Sequence record: LC592711.1
DNA length: 64,000 nucleotides
Reading direction: 5' to 3' (one strand)
Position 1 is the stretch's first letter. Each line of letters begins with the position of its first letter. Below the pieces are notes generated by a model that did not search any database, was not told the origin of the DNA, and was given only the letters and a program-made list of their open reading frames with translations. Shown piece by piece: positions 8,286 to 17,806 of this stretch. The translations under genes were made by a program, and so were the position numbers.

Positions 8286-9875
8286 TTACTGCTGTTCGCC
8301 ATCCGGACCCGGATAGTCGATCGACGACTTCACCACCCAATCCGAAAGAGGCGGTTTACCTTCCAGGCTGCGAATGAAGTTCTTCACTCGTACTTCGAAC
8401 GGCATTACACGTCCGTCATACGTTTCGTACAGATGGTCGACCAATGCTGCGATGAACGCGTTCAGCTTCGTTTCACGATCCGGATCAATCGGATCGATCT
8501 TCAGCATGTTCGGGTTGATGTAGTGTTCAACTGCTGCACGAATGAAGTACTTCGGGTCTTCCGGGTTAGCGAAACGGCTGAACTTCTGATCCGTCTCTTC
8601 AAGCAAAGGACCAGGTTCGACGCCCGGGAAAGTTCCCCAGACGTGAGCAATCAACGTACGCTTGATCGTTTCGAATTGCGACATGCGTTCTTCTTCCGTA
8701 CCTTCCAGATAGAAGAGACTCGGCGACAGGTAGTTCTCGACGGCCTGACGGACCAGCAGGAGCTGCTTGTAGTCCGGATACTGCTGAAGCTTAACGCCTT
8801 CATGACCTGCCGTTTGACGCATTTCGCTCAACGCCAGCTTTTTGGCAGAAGAACGCGATGCGACCATCGTGTCGTAGACGGTTTTGAACTTCGTATCGTA
8901 AGCAACCATCTGGTCCTTGTAGACAACGTTCGGAACCAGATTCTTCTCGACGATACGAACAGTCGCACCGACACACTGTTGCTGGAACAAAGATTCCCAC
9001 GGTTCGGGCTTCACCGCCGTCTCGTATTGTTCATCGTTCCAGGTAACCGGGATACTCAGCACCCGAAGCTTATCGGCGATGATACCGCACAATGCCGACT
9101 TACCCACGCCGGTACGACCCATCACCACGACACGAATGTCCCCACCATTCAAGTAGTCGAGCGGAAGACCCTGACGACCCAGAACAGCCAATGTCCATGC
9201 CACGGCACCATCCCACATGACGCGAGCATTCTTCGTGTCATAATGACCGTACTGATTAGGATAGTGCGGATGGTCCGGATCGTAACGCTGGACATCCTTG
9301 ATGAAGTTCTGCTGACGTGCGAACGATTCGAACGCCTTGGTATCGTCGACGATGACGTCCGGCCGCTGTTCGATCAAACCGGTCTGCCAGCCATATGGCT
9401 CGATCTTGACTTCATGATAGCGGGCCAGTTGACGAACGTAAGCGACCGCATCGGACTCGTGCCAGAAATCGACGGAGTGTTTTACCATTCCGTTTTCGTA
9501 GCGCGAATAGACGCCGTAGCCTTTCGTTTCATCATTAGCGCCGTCCATCTGAATTTCGATGGAACCCTGCTCCAGTTCCTTAAACGGAGCAAGCTGAAGA
9601 CCGATGATCTTACCCGCCTTTTTATCGACGGTATGTTGGCCGATGTAGACAGGTATTTTGTATTCGTAGGCGAGGTTGGTCGCCGTTGCTGCAGCCTGAC
9701 CGATGTCGGTGAAGTAATTCGGATCGACTGGACTCAGGCTGCCGTCTTCGTGTTCCCAGAACAGAATCCAGCCAGCGAACCCGCGTTCGCCCTTCGCTTC
9801 AAATGCACCGACTACTTCACCATCGAGGTTTTTCACTGCGGGAATAACGCGAACCGACTTTGCTTTGTTCTGCAT
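8286..9875 (-). CDS. Mosaic hypothetical protein with duplicated N-terminal module and short P-loop
   Basis: VVVMGRTGVGKS Walker A-like motif; start moved to MQNKAK with AAGGTG RBS. Confidence 0.7.
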   Translation of the reverse strand: MQNKAKSVRVIPAVKNLDGEVVGAFEAKGERGFAGWILFWEHEDGSLSPVDPNYFTDIGQAAATATNLAYEYKIPVYIGQHTVDKKAGKIIGLQLAPFKELEQGSIEIQMDGANDETKGYGVYSRYENGMVKHSVDFWHESDAVAYVRQLARYHEVKIEPYGWQTGLIEQRPDVIVDDTKAFESFARQQNFIKDVQRYDPDHPHYPNQYGHYDTKNARVMWDGAVAWTLAVLGRQGLPLDYLNGGDIRVVVMGRTGVGKSALCGIIADKLRVLSIPVTWNDEQYETAVKPEPWESLFQQQCVGATVRIVEKNLVPNVVYKDQMVAYDTKFKTVYDTMVASRSSAKKLALSEMRQTAGHEGVKLQQYPDYKQLLLVRQAVENYLSPSLFYLEGTEEERMSQFETIKRTLIAHVWGTFPGVEPGPLLEETDQKFSRFANPEDPKYFIRAAVEHYINPNMLKIDPIDPDRETKLNAFIAALVDHLYETYDGRVMPFEVRVKNFIRSLEGKPPLSDWVVKSSIDYPGPDGEQQ

Positions 9876-9906
9876 GTTGTACACCTTTTAAAAAGAGACA
9901 TAGAGC

Positions 9907-9936
9907 ATAGACAGATGCCCGAAGGCATCTGTCTAT
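9907..9936 (-). terminator. 13-bp stem-loop with UUCG loop on the transcribed strand
   Basis: ATAGACAGATGCC-cgaa-GGCATCTGTCTAT; stem core shared with the 5443-5484 hairpin. Confidence 0.7.
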
Positions 9937-9949
9937 TCGCGCTTCGACG

Positions 9950-11164
9950 TTAGTCGTTGGTTTGCGGCTTGGCACGCTTTACTGCAGGCTTCTTGATCGG
10001 CGTTTTCTTCACCGGCACCGAAGCTTTCGACGGTTTCTTAGCCGCCGTGGTCGTAGCGGTTGCACCGCCTTCACCCAGGAGCGTTACCTTGAAGCCGAAC
10101 TTCTCGGCAAACGCCGCGGCTTGCTTCTGGGTAAGCTTCGACGTCATCGTCGGGTTCTTCAGACCGACCCCAGCAGCCATGCGGATCACCAGAGCGTGCT
10201 CGATGATGCCCATGCTGCGAACCAGCTGGTCGAGCTTGATGGTCTTCGGGATCTCGATGGTCGGCTGTTTACGACGAGCGCCTGCCAGACGATCGATTGC
10301 CTTCTGGAGCTCCGAGCCTTCCGGAAGCGGAGACTTTTTACCGAACATCATGCCTGACAGATCCAGCTTCGAGACCGGAGTCACACCTCCTGAGCTTGCT
10401 GCCGTAGATGCGACGGGTCCCGACATGATCGCCATACCGGCGCCAGAAGACGTCGAGAGATCCGTACCACCTTGGGTCTGTCCAACTTCTGCGAAGCCCG
10501 CCTGAGCCGTTTTAAGGCCCTCTGCGAACGTTCCTTGCTGGCCTTCTGTCAAGATCTTCGTATCCTTGAAGATCACGACGACGACATTGCCGATCGGACC
10601 GAGTTCCATGTACTGGATACGGTCGACCTGATCCGGATTTTCGTTGGCGGTGCCTTCGTAAACGCGGATGATTTCCTTTTGCTTCGTGTCGTAACCGACC
10701 CACACGGTGCTGCTGGAAACCTTGTGCAGGCCATCGGTCTGCGAAGCCTTCGGATCCGGATCGCGTTCGGTGACGTCATGCTCGACAACGAGACGACGCT
10801 TCCAGTACGAGATCGGTACTTCGACCGGCGTGTTGCTGCCGTCTTCCGGTTCTTGCTGAACCGAACGGATCGTCGGCGGGAAAGCTTCGTTGACCATCTT
10901 GCCATTGATGAGCTCGAACATCATGGCGTAATGTTGTTCCTGCGCCGAGCGAGCCTGACCGTGGAAGATCGGCGGTTCGTTCGTGTTGAAGCCGATGGTG
11001 TACTGCAGATACGGCAACGACTGGTGTTCGTCGTGGCCGACGGTCGTCGTGAGCTTCAGGTTCTGGCGAAGACACGCGAGCGACAGTTGCTGCTGCATCG
11101 ACAGGATGGTTGCGATACGCGCCGCGGCTTCCGGATTGGAAATGTTTTTGTTCAGGCTTTTCAA
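9950..11164 (-). CDS. Hypothetical protein with IF2_N-like domain and Lys/Pro/Ala-rich tail
   Basis: IPKTIKLDQLVRSMG...LVIRM...GL...TMTSKLTQKQAAAFAEKFGFKVTL resembles the IF2 N-terminal repeat; strong codon bias. Confidence 0.7.
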   Translation of the reverse strand: MKSLNKNISNPEAAARIATILSMQQQLSLACLRQNLKLTTTVGHDEHQSLPYLQYTIGFNTNEPPIFHGQARSAQEQHYAMMFELINGKMVNEAFPPTIRSVQQEPEDGSNTPVEVPISYWKRRLVVEHDVTERDPDPKASQTDGLHKVSSSTVWVGYDTKQKEIIRVYEGTANENPDQVDRIQYMELGPIGNVVVVIFKDTKILTEGQQGTFAEGLKTAQAGFAEVGQTQGGTDLSTSSGAGMAIMSGPVASTAASSGGVTPVSKLDLSGMMFGKKSPLPEGSELQKAIDRLAGARRKQPTIEIPKTIKLDQLVRSMGIIEHALVIRMAAGVGLKNPTMTSKLTQKQAAAFAEKFGFKVTLLGEGGATATTTAAKKPSKASVPVKKTPIKKPAVKRAKPQTND

Positions 11165-11174
11165 AGCGAGCTCC

Positions 11175-11510
11175 TCAGTTTTGATAGGACAGGTCCGTCA
11201 GGCGAACGTATTTTTCGATGAACTGTTCGTCGTTCAGGATCTGGGTGACATCATCGGAAACGACAATCCAATCGCCCTTCTTGCACAGGACGACTTGTTC
11301 GTCGATTTCGAATTCGAGTTCGTCGACCGGGCGTCCGATCAACGACGTGATTTTGCGGCGGGCGAGATGTTTGCAAAAGAGGAAGGGGATCTCATCCGCA
11401 TAGCCACGGTAACGGAAGGCGTAAACCTTCTGGACCGTTTTGGGGACGAAAGCATATTTCAGCATTTCGTCCTCTTCTTTCGTTGCCAAACGTCTTTCTT
11501 GAGACATCAT
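11175..11510 (-). CDS. Hypothetical protein
   Basis: 111-aa ORF in tightly packed operon; C-terminal GDWIV...FIEKY segment of a type common in small phage proteins. Confidence 0.65.
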   Translation of the reverse strand: MMSQERRLATKEEDEMLKYAFVPKTVQKVYAFRYRGYADEIPFLFCKHLARRKITSLIGRPVDELEFEIDEQVVLCKKGDWIVVSDDVTQILNDEQFIEKYVRLTDLSYQN

Positions 11511-11740
11511 TCTCCCTTCAGGGGCGGAACGGTTTGATATTTGGCCAGATCGTGCACATACGTGAGGATCTGGTCATTGAGACCGTGCAGGTAGTACATC
11601 AGAAAGACCGTACAGACGAGCACGACTAGACCAACGGCGCTGATGCGCTTGCGAAAATAAAGCTCGTTGCAAAACAGAACGAGACTGCTCAGCAACAAGA
11701 ACCCGAGTGCGATGATGGCGAAGACTGCTTGCATTTTCAA
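11507..11740 (-). CDS. Small membrane protein (2 TM)
   Basis: Two hydrophobic stretches; first gene after promoter at 11806. Confidence 0.65.
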   Translation of the reverse strand: MKMQAVFAIIALGFLLLSSLVLFCNELYFRKRISAVGLVVLVCTVFLMYYLHGLNDQILTYVHDLAKYQTVPPLKGE

Positions 11741-11805
11741 CTTCCTTTCTATTAATCAACATATCAGGCCGTTCAATTGCTTTTTATTGCATTGGGTTCA
11801 CGTAG

Positions 11806-11814
11806 GTAATATAT
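11806..11814 (-). promoter_or_regulatory. Putative early promoter core ATATATTAC
   Basis: TTTATTTTGGAG-ATATATTAC-CT on the minus strand, intergenic. Confidence 0.68.
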
Positions 11815-11841
11815 CTCCAAAATAAACTACACATAAACACA

Positions 11842-11861
11842 CAGGGAGCCGAAGCCCCCTG
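11842..11861 (-). terminator. Stem-loop with CUUCGG loop
   Basis: CAGGGGG-CTTCGG-CTCCCTG just after the stop at 11866. Confidence 0.6.
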
Positions 11862-11865
11862 CATG

Positions 11866-12873
11866 TCAGAACAGATCTTCAGAGAACAACGGCGTGACGC
11901 TAATCAGGTAACCTCGCTCATCCATATCGCGCTCACGCCAGATGCCACCCATTTTGGGATCTTCCTGGTGAAAGAGTTTGGATGCGCAACGAGTCAGCGT
12001 CACGGACATCGTAGGCGTATCGACGATCATCTTGTTATCAACCGCCATGAGCATTGCCCGATACCGTGTAACGAAATTGCCGTGATTCGTAAGAAAACCC
12101 TGGACTTCGTTTCGCTGCTGCCCGGCGTATGCTTCCTGGTATTCCCGGGACTGCAGGATGTGGTGATGACGATGCGGACGATCGACGTACCACACCACAC
12201 CATCAGCCCAATTCGCAGCCGCTACCGGATACTCGTTCTCACGATCGATCGTGGCTTCCACGGCACGAAGGATCGGAGTACCAAAGTCTTTGAGTAGACG
12301 GAAGTTCGTCTGACTGAAGATTGCATTACGCAGCTTGTACAGCTGAGTAACATCTTCATCATTCTCGTCATAACGAATGATGGTCATCTGCATCGATGAC
12401 TCCACGATATGCGAACACATCGTGCCTTCAGTCTTCTGCCACTTGCGAGGACCAGTCAAGATCGCAATGATCGGTTGTTCGACTTTCCAGAACACGCAGA
12501 TGTACAGGATGTCGTATCCGAACAGTTCGCTGTTGACGATATCCGAATACGGAGTACCATCCATCAGCACGAAGTCACGACCCTTCTTCTCCGGGTTCTG
12601 TCGCATGAACTGCTCGGCGACCAAGATCGCTCGCATGCACAGCGATTCAGTTGTCTGAGGGTTCATGTCGTAAACCGGCTGAGTCAAACCACCCAGTCGG
12701 TAAACGTGCTTGCAGCCCTTCACGAAACGATAGAGCAGATCGTTGATTTTCGGACCCAGACCAATCGCACCGCTAGGGTTCGCACCCCAGTGACCGGAGA
12801 ACTGCGCCGGATAGCGGAAGTTAGTCTTCTTTACCAGCCCCGACAGGAGCTTTTCCGAGCTGTTTTGCGACAT
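11866..12873 (-). CDS. Hypothetical protein
   Basis: ORF with C-terminal RHHHIL...QGFLTNHGNFVTRYRA segment; start moved to MSQNS with AGGGAG RBS. Confidence 0.68.
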   Translation of the reverse strand: MSQNSSEKLLSGLVKKTNFRYPAQFSGHWGANPSGAIGLGPKINDLLYRFVKGCKHVYRLGGLTQPVYDMNPQTTESLCMRAILVAEQFMRQNPEKKGRDFVLMDGTPYSDIVNSELFGYDILYICVFWKVEQPIIAILTGPRKWQKTEGTMCSHIVESSMQMTIIRYDENDEDVTQLYKLRNAIFSQTNFRLLKDFGTPILRAVEATIDRENEYPVAAANWADGVVWYVDRPHRHHHILQSREYQEAYAGQQRNEVQGFLTNHGNFVTRYRAMLMAVDNKMIVDTPTMSVTLTRCASKLFHQEDPKMGGIWRERDMDERGYLISVTPLFSEDLF

Positions 12874-13309
12874 GAGGAGTATGCTCCCTGTTGAGTGCCT
12901 TGCACCACGCTGGGTAACCGGCAAGCGGAAAAGGCTCGATGTCTCTTCCGGGTTCATTTTCCATCGCCAGCAGAAACTCCTGGCGGTTCTTCTGTTCGTT
13001 CGGGTTGTACGGAATCAGACCCAGTCGAATCACCATGTCGTGAACGAAGTCCACGAATTCCGGTTCAGGCCAGCCCGTTTCACGAGCGACATCCATGATG
13101 AGATTCTGACGCCACTTCCAGCCCATGAGGTAGGCCATGGCGTAGAAGTTCTCGACCTGAGGTTGGTTATCGTCTTCTTCGACGACTGCTCCCCCATTGA
13201 AGCGAACCGCCGCACAACAGAGGTTCGCTAGCTCATGGATGAAGCGTTGTTTGACTTCTTCCGACAACGGCGGATTGAAGGTATTGACTTTGGCTTCTTT
13301 GTAGAACAC
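12821..13309 (-). CDS. Hypothetical protein
   Basis: 162-aa ORF with GAGG RBS; 3' end overlaps next gene. Confidence 0.6.
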   Translation of the reverse strand: MFYKEAKVNTFNPPLSEEVKQRFIHELANLCCAAVRFNGGAVVEEDDNQPQVENFYAMAYLMGWKWRQNLIMDVARETGWPEPEFVDFVHDMVIRLGLIPYNPNEQKNRQEFLLAMENEPGRDIEPFPLAGYPAWCKALNREHTPHVAKQLGKAPVGAGKED

Positions 13310-13379
13310 GGTTCGCCTCTCGAATGAAGCAAAAAAAATGGTGAGAGGATTTCCCTCTCACCACCAACGCGCTTCTCGC

Positions 13380-14822
13380 TTAAGCGCGGAGGAAAGCGTT
13401 CATCGCGTAGAACTTCAGCGACGGATCGAAGATCTGCGAGATCGTGCCGATCTTCCAGCGGTCTTCAGCCGGAATCTTGGCGATGAACTCGGGATCGCTC
13501 GGATGCGAGCCGCCATTGGACATGGAGTCCATGACGAAGCGACTGCTGATGGCCGGACGATGCGGATTGAGCGACAGCATTTCCAGCGTACCGATGAGCG
13601 AATCGATGACCGAACGCGACCAGCATTCCAGCGGAGTCGGCAGGAGCGAATCGTCTTGCAGGTCTTCGAGCCACTTGAAACCGACGTCGTTGAGTTCTTC
13701 TTCGTTCGTCGAGAGCTCGTAGTCTTCCGGCACCTGGATGGCGATCATCATTGCCAGGTGCTGCTTTTCGACATCGCCCGAAGCGTAGTCGAGGAAGAAT
13801 GTGGTGCGCTGATGCAGCCATTGTTCCGGCGAGCACATTGCATCCTGGGCGCCTTGAGCGATCAGGTCCATGATGTCCTTCGTCTCGTACGTCTCGACGA
13901 CTTGTGCATTTTGCACGCCACGGCCGTAGACACGCATTTCGATTTCTTCGCGCCCTTCGCGAATCACGTTGTTCATGATGCCGGTCCAGAAGCCTTCGCA
14001 CAGCAGACGACCCGAGAACGTATTGATGAGTTCGCTGCCGCCCGGGAAGGCATGCTTCACGAGCTTCGATTGCGTCGACAGGAAATCGTGCGGATTGATG
14101 TGGCCGCCCACGCCGACCGAACAGCCCAATGCCAGACGTTCTTCACCGACACCCTTGCCGCGCTGATACACGAAGATGCGATAGCGCTTGCCGATCTTCT
14201 TGTAGAACACGATGTACGGCAGCAGCTGGATGTAGCGGCTGTCGTTTTCGCACCAGCCGCGACGGATGAAGTTCAGAGCCCAGTAGACTGCTTCGTTCAG
14301 TTCGTTCGGACGCACTTCTTCTTGCGGGACCATCGTCATCATGTCGATGAAGTCACGGGCGGCGATTGCCAACACTTGTTCGACAGGCTTCTTCTGACCT
14401 TCGACCGAATCACACAGATCGGTGTAGGTCGGCAGACGACCGAAATCGTGTTCCTTCATCAGGTCGTGTTCGACCGGCGGCTTTTCGTCGACCATCAGCG
14501 GAATCTGGCCCGGATAGAGCAGCGTGCCGAAAAGCGGAACCGGCGCGATGTCGTCCATGATCTGTTCGCCGAACTGGTTCTTGAACCCGAGCGACACTTG
14601 TCCGCCGATCGGCGTGATGACTGCGTTCTCGTCGTCGCGCATCTTGGCTGCGCGTTTGATGATTTCGGTCTGCACCGGCAGCAACGGAACGTATGCACGC
14701 GCCGACAACGGGGGCATTTGCAGATCGTCGATTTCGTCTTGTTGGTTCGCTGCGGGCGTGATCAGAACGCGAGTAGCCTGGTCAGCTGCTTCGGCTTGGT
14801 CGAATTTTTCTTGCAGAGACAT
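13380..14822 (-). CDS. NUDIX-family phosphoesterase (COG4112-like) with N- and C-terminal extensions
   Basis: ENDSRYIQLLPY...VYQRG...EERL...SVGVGGHIN...REGREEI...HLAM pattern. Confidence 0.72.
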   Translation of the reverse strand: MSLQEKFDQAEAADQATRVLITPAANQQDEIDDLQMPPLSARAYVPLLPVQTEIIKRAAKMRDDENAVITPIGGQVSLGFKNQFGEQIMDDIAPVPLFGTLLYPGQIPLMVDEKPPVEHDLMKEHDFGRLPTYTDLCDSVEGQKKPVEQVLAIAARDFIDMMTMVPQEEVRPNELNEAVYWALNFIRRGWCENDSRYIQLLPYIVFYKKIGKRYRIFVYQRGKGVGEERLALGCSVGVGGHINPHDFLSTQSKLVKHAFPGGSELINTFSGRLLCEGFWTGIMNNVIREGREEIEMRVYGRGVQNAQVVETYETKDIMDLIAQGAQDAMCSPEQWLHQRTTFFLDYASGDVEKQHLAMMIAIQVPEDYELSTNEEELNDVGFKWLEDLQDDSLLPTPLECWSRSVIDSLIGTLEMLSLNPHRPAISSRFVMDSMSNGGSHPSDPEFIAKIPAEDRWKIGTISQIFDPSLKFYAMNAFLRA

Positions 14823-14934
14823 GGAAAATCCTTATCTAAAAAGTACTACCGGTTTAGGTCAAACCATCCGGTCTTGTAGTAAAAAATAAATTGAGCCGAG
14901 ATAGCCGAAGCTATCCCGATCTCATTTTCAAAGG

Positions 14935-15516
14935 TTACGTCTTGGGAAAGTTAACGCGTTCCCCACGCTGCTTCTGAGCCAGATACATCCGGAATGCGGT
15001 GATCTGTTGCGAGAATCTTTCTCGCGCTTGTTGCGTTTGCCCATAATTGACCGCAATAGCCGTACAAGCATTTACGAGCTTTGCGAAATCGTTATCGAAC
15101 CGCTTGTCTGCAAATGAAGCACGAATGCGAGTGATGTTTTCTTCGTCGATCTGATTGTCAACGCCGTAACGCATTTGCATCGCTTTCCCTGACGTCGAGG
15201 TAGCAATGTCATATCCGTCACGCCACTGGACCTGGCTGAGATTGTACAAATCTGAAGCACGAATCAAAATGACGAGATCGGGATCAAGTGGTCGCCGATT
15301 GATGACTTCTTTGGCATGATCTGACCAGACCATATGCTTGTTGTCCATATAGGACCTCAGCAGCTCATTGTCAGCCCACGCTTCTTTGTAGAACTTGTCC
15401 TGAGCAGCAACAGCTGTTCTGATGCGTTCTATCTCACGTTTGTGGTATTGTCGGACAATGATGAGCAGGATGATAAAAACGAGGCTGATTCCTCCGAACA
15501 TCAGTCCATTTTGCAT
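14935..15516 (-). CDS. Hypothetical protein with N-terminal membrane anchor
   Basis: LMFGGISLVFIILLIIV TM; start moved to MQNG with GGAG RBS. Confidence 0.65.
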   Translation of the reverse strand: MQNGLMFGGISLVFIILLIIVRQYHKREIERIRTAVAAQDKFYKEAWADNELLRSYMDNKHMVWSDHAKEVINRRPLDPDLVILIRASDLYNLSQVQWRDGYDIATSTSGKAMQMRYGVDNQIDEENITRIRASFADKRFDNDFAKLVNACTAIAVNYGQTQQARERFSQQITAFRMYLAQKQRGERVNFPKT

Positions 15517-15588
15517 ATTTGAATCTCCGTTATAAAAGGAAAACATAGTCCACAGGATGAGGCAATGCCTCATCCTGGGAGAAGTCGT

Positions 15589-16041
15589 TTACTTCTTCTT
15601 GACGACCTTGACGGGAGCCTGCGCAATTGCGCCGATTACCACACCAGAGCGAATGTCATCATGACGCATCTTGATGAGGATGCGATTGCTACCAGTGACA
15701 GGTGGCAGGATGATGACGTTCGTCCAGCCATCTACGTCGAGCACTTCACGGACGATGTTCGCAATGAAACGATCGTCCGAACCTTCCAGACGAGAGAACA
15801 GATCGATCTCGTGTTCCTTGCCGATATACCAGGCGATTTCACCGATCGTGGGGTCGTACGAGTACAGACCCAGTTTCAGTGCTTTGGCTAGCAGGTCGAA
15901 GAATACATCCTTGACCTCTTGTTCCGACTTGAATCGACGGAACGGCTTACCGCTGAATTCGGTAAGCTCTTTCTTGAGCATCTTTTTGACTGCGTCGAGG
16001 GAATTCATGTCAACCATTTTCCTGGCCACCCTTTTTGTCAT
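15589..16041 (-). CDS. Hypothetical protein
   Basis: 150-aa ORF, operon packing. Confidence 0.62.
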   Translation of the reverse strand: MTKRVARKMVDMNSLDAVKKMLKKELTEFSGKPFRRFKSEQEVKDVFFDLLAKALKLGLYSYDPTIGEIAWYIGKEHEIDLFSRLEGSDDRFIANIVREVLDVDGWTNVIILPPVTGSNRILIKMRHDDIRSGVVIGAIAQAPVKVVKKK

Positions 16042-16291
16042 CTGCGGGTTTCTGAACGCGAATGCGTTCAGTTTCGGGATGGATCGGCACGTAGTTCACG
16101 CCGAATTCGAGAAGCACGCGAGTTGCTTCATCGATGTATTTCTTTTTGCCTTCGTCCGAAAGCTGATCGAAGCTCTCTTCAGAAATCACATGCAACGTAT
16201 AGTCACGACGCACGTTTTGTTCGGCCGCTTTCTGAATTGCTTCTTCCAGCGGATATTCCTTTTCTTCGATAGTCAGGATCTGACCCGGCAT
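16010..16291 (-). CDS. Hypothetical protein
   Basis: 93-aa ORF with TTTTAAAA box and GAGGAG RBS. Confidence 0.68.
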   Translation of the reverse strand: MPGQILTIEEKEYPLEEAIQKAAEQNVRRDYTLHVISEESFDQLSDEGKKKYIDEATRVLLEFGVNYVPIHPETERIRVQKPADDKKGGQENG

Positions 16292-16382
16292 TAGCCTCTC
16301 CTCATTTTAAAAAGTTGGTGTTTCGGTACAAAATAAAAAGCCCCGCTATGAAAAATAACGGGGCCTAACATCACCTCCCTAA

Positions 16383-16757
16383 CTACTGGAAGGTCGGTTG
16401 TTGCTGTTGGAATCTACGATCGGGCGGAGTGGGCAGATCATGGATCGCCACTTGCCAACGCCTGCTGAGTACATCCGGTAAGAACAGCGAGCGCTTTTCG
16501 CAATACGGATTGCCCCAATGATCCTTCTTGGGGACATCTTCCCAACCAAACTCGATTTTCGGAGCTTCAAACGTAGACGGCACATTTTCCATCGTACCGT
16601 TAGTCTGATCGACCTTGCTTATGAAAGCAAAGGGATAACTACAGTGGACGCAGTATAAACCCTGCGCCTCACGTCCTTCGAAGTTTTCGTTGCTGGATCT
16701 TACCGTCCAGTAATGTCCGTTATCGCAGAGGTACTCTGTGTAACCTTCGTAAGACAT
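16383..16757 (-). CDS. Putative zinc-ribbon protein
   Basis: LCDNGH and CVHC metal-ligand pairs; GAGGAG RBS. Confidence 0.65.
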   Translation of the reverse strand: MSYEGYTEYLCDNGHYWTVRSSNENFEGREAQGLYCVHCSYPFAFISKVDQTNGTMENVPSTFEAPKIEFGWEDVPKKDHWGNPYCEKRSLFLPDVLSRRWQVAIHDLPTPPDRRFQQQQPTFQ

Positions 16758-16800
16758 TATTAGCTCCTCTATCTGAGTAGTTGACTACCCAGACTTTCGT

Positions 16801-17157
16801 TTAAATGAAGTTGTTACAAGGGTTGTACTCCAATTGCCCGGTGGTCCTACGATCCGGATAAACTTCGCTACTACTCGTACCACGAAACCCCGAGTACGAT
16901 ACCGATTTCAACTTGAAGACTTCTTCCCTGGTCAGGGGATTACCATGCTGGTCCATCTCAGCATGGATTTGGAATCGACGGAATGCTTCGTCGGCTGCTT
17001 TTTTCGTGTCCTCTGCTGCAATGAGTCCACGTGACTCTGCGGTCAGCTGATATAAAAAACCACCTGGCTGAGCCGACTCCCAATGTTGTTTCTCTTGGGC
17101 AAACCGCTGCCGGAACCGTTCGATTGATTCCTGGCGTTTCTGTTCCTTAGTCTTCAT
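16801..17157 (-). CDS. Hypothetical protein
   Basis: Start moved to MKTKEQ (AAAGGA RBS, TTTTAAAA overlapping the ATG). Confidence 0.6.
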   Translation of the reverse strand: MKTKEQKRQESIERFRQRFAQEKQHWESAQPGGFLYQLTAESRGLIAAEDTKKAADEAFRRFQIHAEMDQHGNPLTREEVFKLKSVSYSGFRGTSSSEVYPDRRTTGQLEYNPCNNFI

Positions 17158-17314
17158 TTTAAAAGGTATTCCTTTCAAACGTTTCAGGATATGACGGATT
17201 GTCCCCGTCATACCAGATTACTTCAGGTGGTTCTTCTTCAGATGCTTTTTAATCCGAGCCTCTCTTGCAAGCAGGACCGGATCCACGTAGTGAGCACCAA
17301 CGCTGCGCGTTACA

Positions 17315-17806
17315 TCATGGCGCAAGTGCGAAGGTTTCGTCGTGCGCCGATTCTTCATCACGTTTTGCATCTTCCCGTTCCTTGAGCGTTTGAGCTTCAA
17401 AGGAGCATTCCGGATATTTACCCGGAATGCGATCAGGATACAGCCTCTTCAACCGGCGGATGTATTGCAGCGCATGCCACTCGGTTACGAAGATCAGGTT
17501 TTGTGCCTCCGGCCATGCCGGCAAGGCGCGGAGTTCCGCTTTTTGCTGCGGAGTGTCCACGCCAAAGTCGGCGAAGTGATGAGACTCCATTTCGTTGGTG
17601 TGTTTACGACCAACGATCTTCTTTCCTTCGAACCATTCGAAGAGTTCTGGGAACGGTCCGTCGGTCCTACGGTTGTCCTCGAACGCATACGGAACGGTTA
17701 CGAAGATTTTGATAATCTCCTCAGACATCAAGTAGCCGTTAACGAGATAAAGCTTCGCGCCTTTCTTGAAGTCTTCGAACTTAGCACGACCTGCTTTAGT
17801 TGCCAT
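17315..17806 (-). CDS. Hypothetical protein
   Basis: 163-aa ORF coupled to upstream gene, GGAGG RBS. Confidence 0.65.
   Translation of the reverse strand: MATKAGRAKFEDFKKGAKLYLVNGYLMSEEIIKIFVTVPYAFEDNRRTDGPFPELFEWFEGKKIVGRKHTNEMESHHFADFGVDTPQQKAELRALPAWPEAQNLIFVTEWHALQYIRRLKRLYPDRIPGKYPECSFEAQTLKEREDAKRDEESAHDETFALAP

Noticed and set aside
17218-17400. 60-aa basic ORF
   Set aside because: Overlaps the 17315..17806 gene and has no clear RBS; a shorter version could be real but is not supportable
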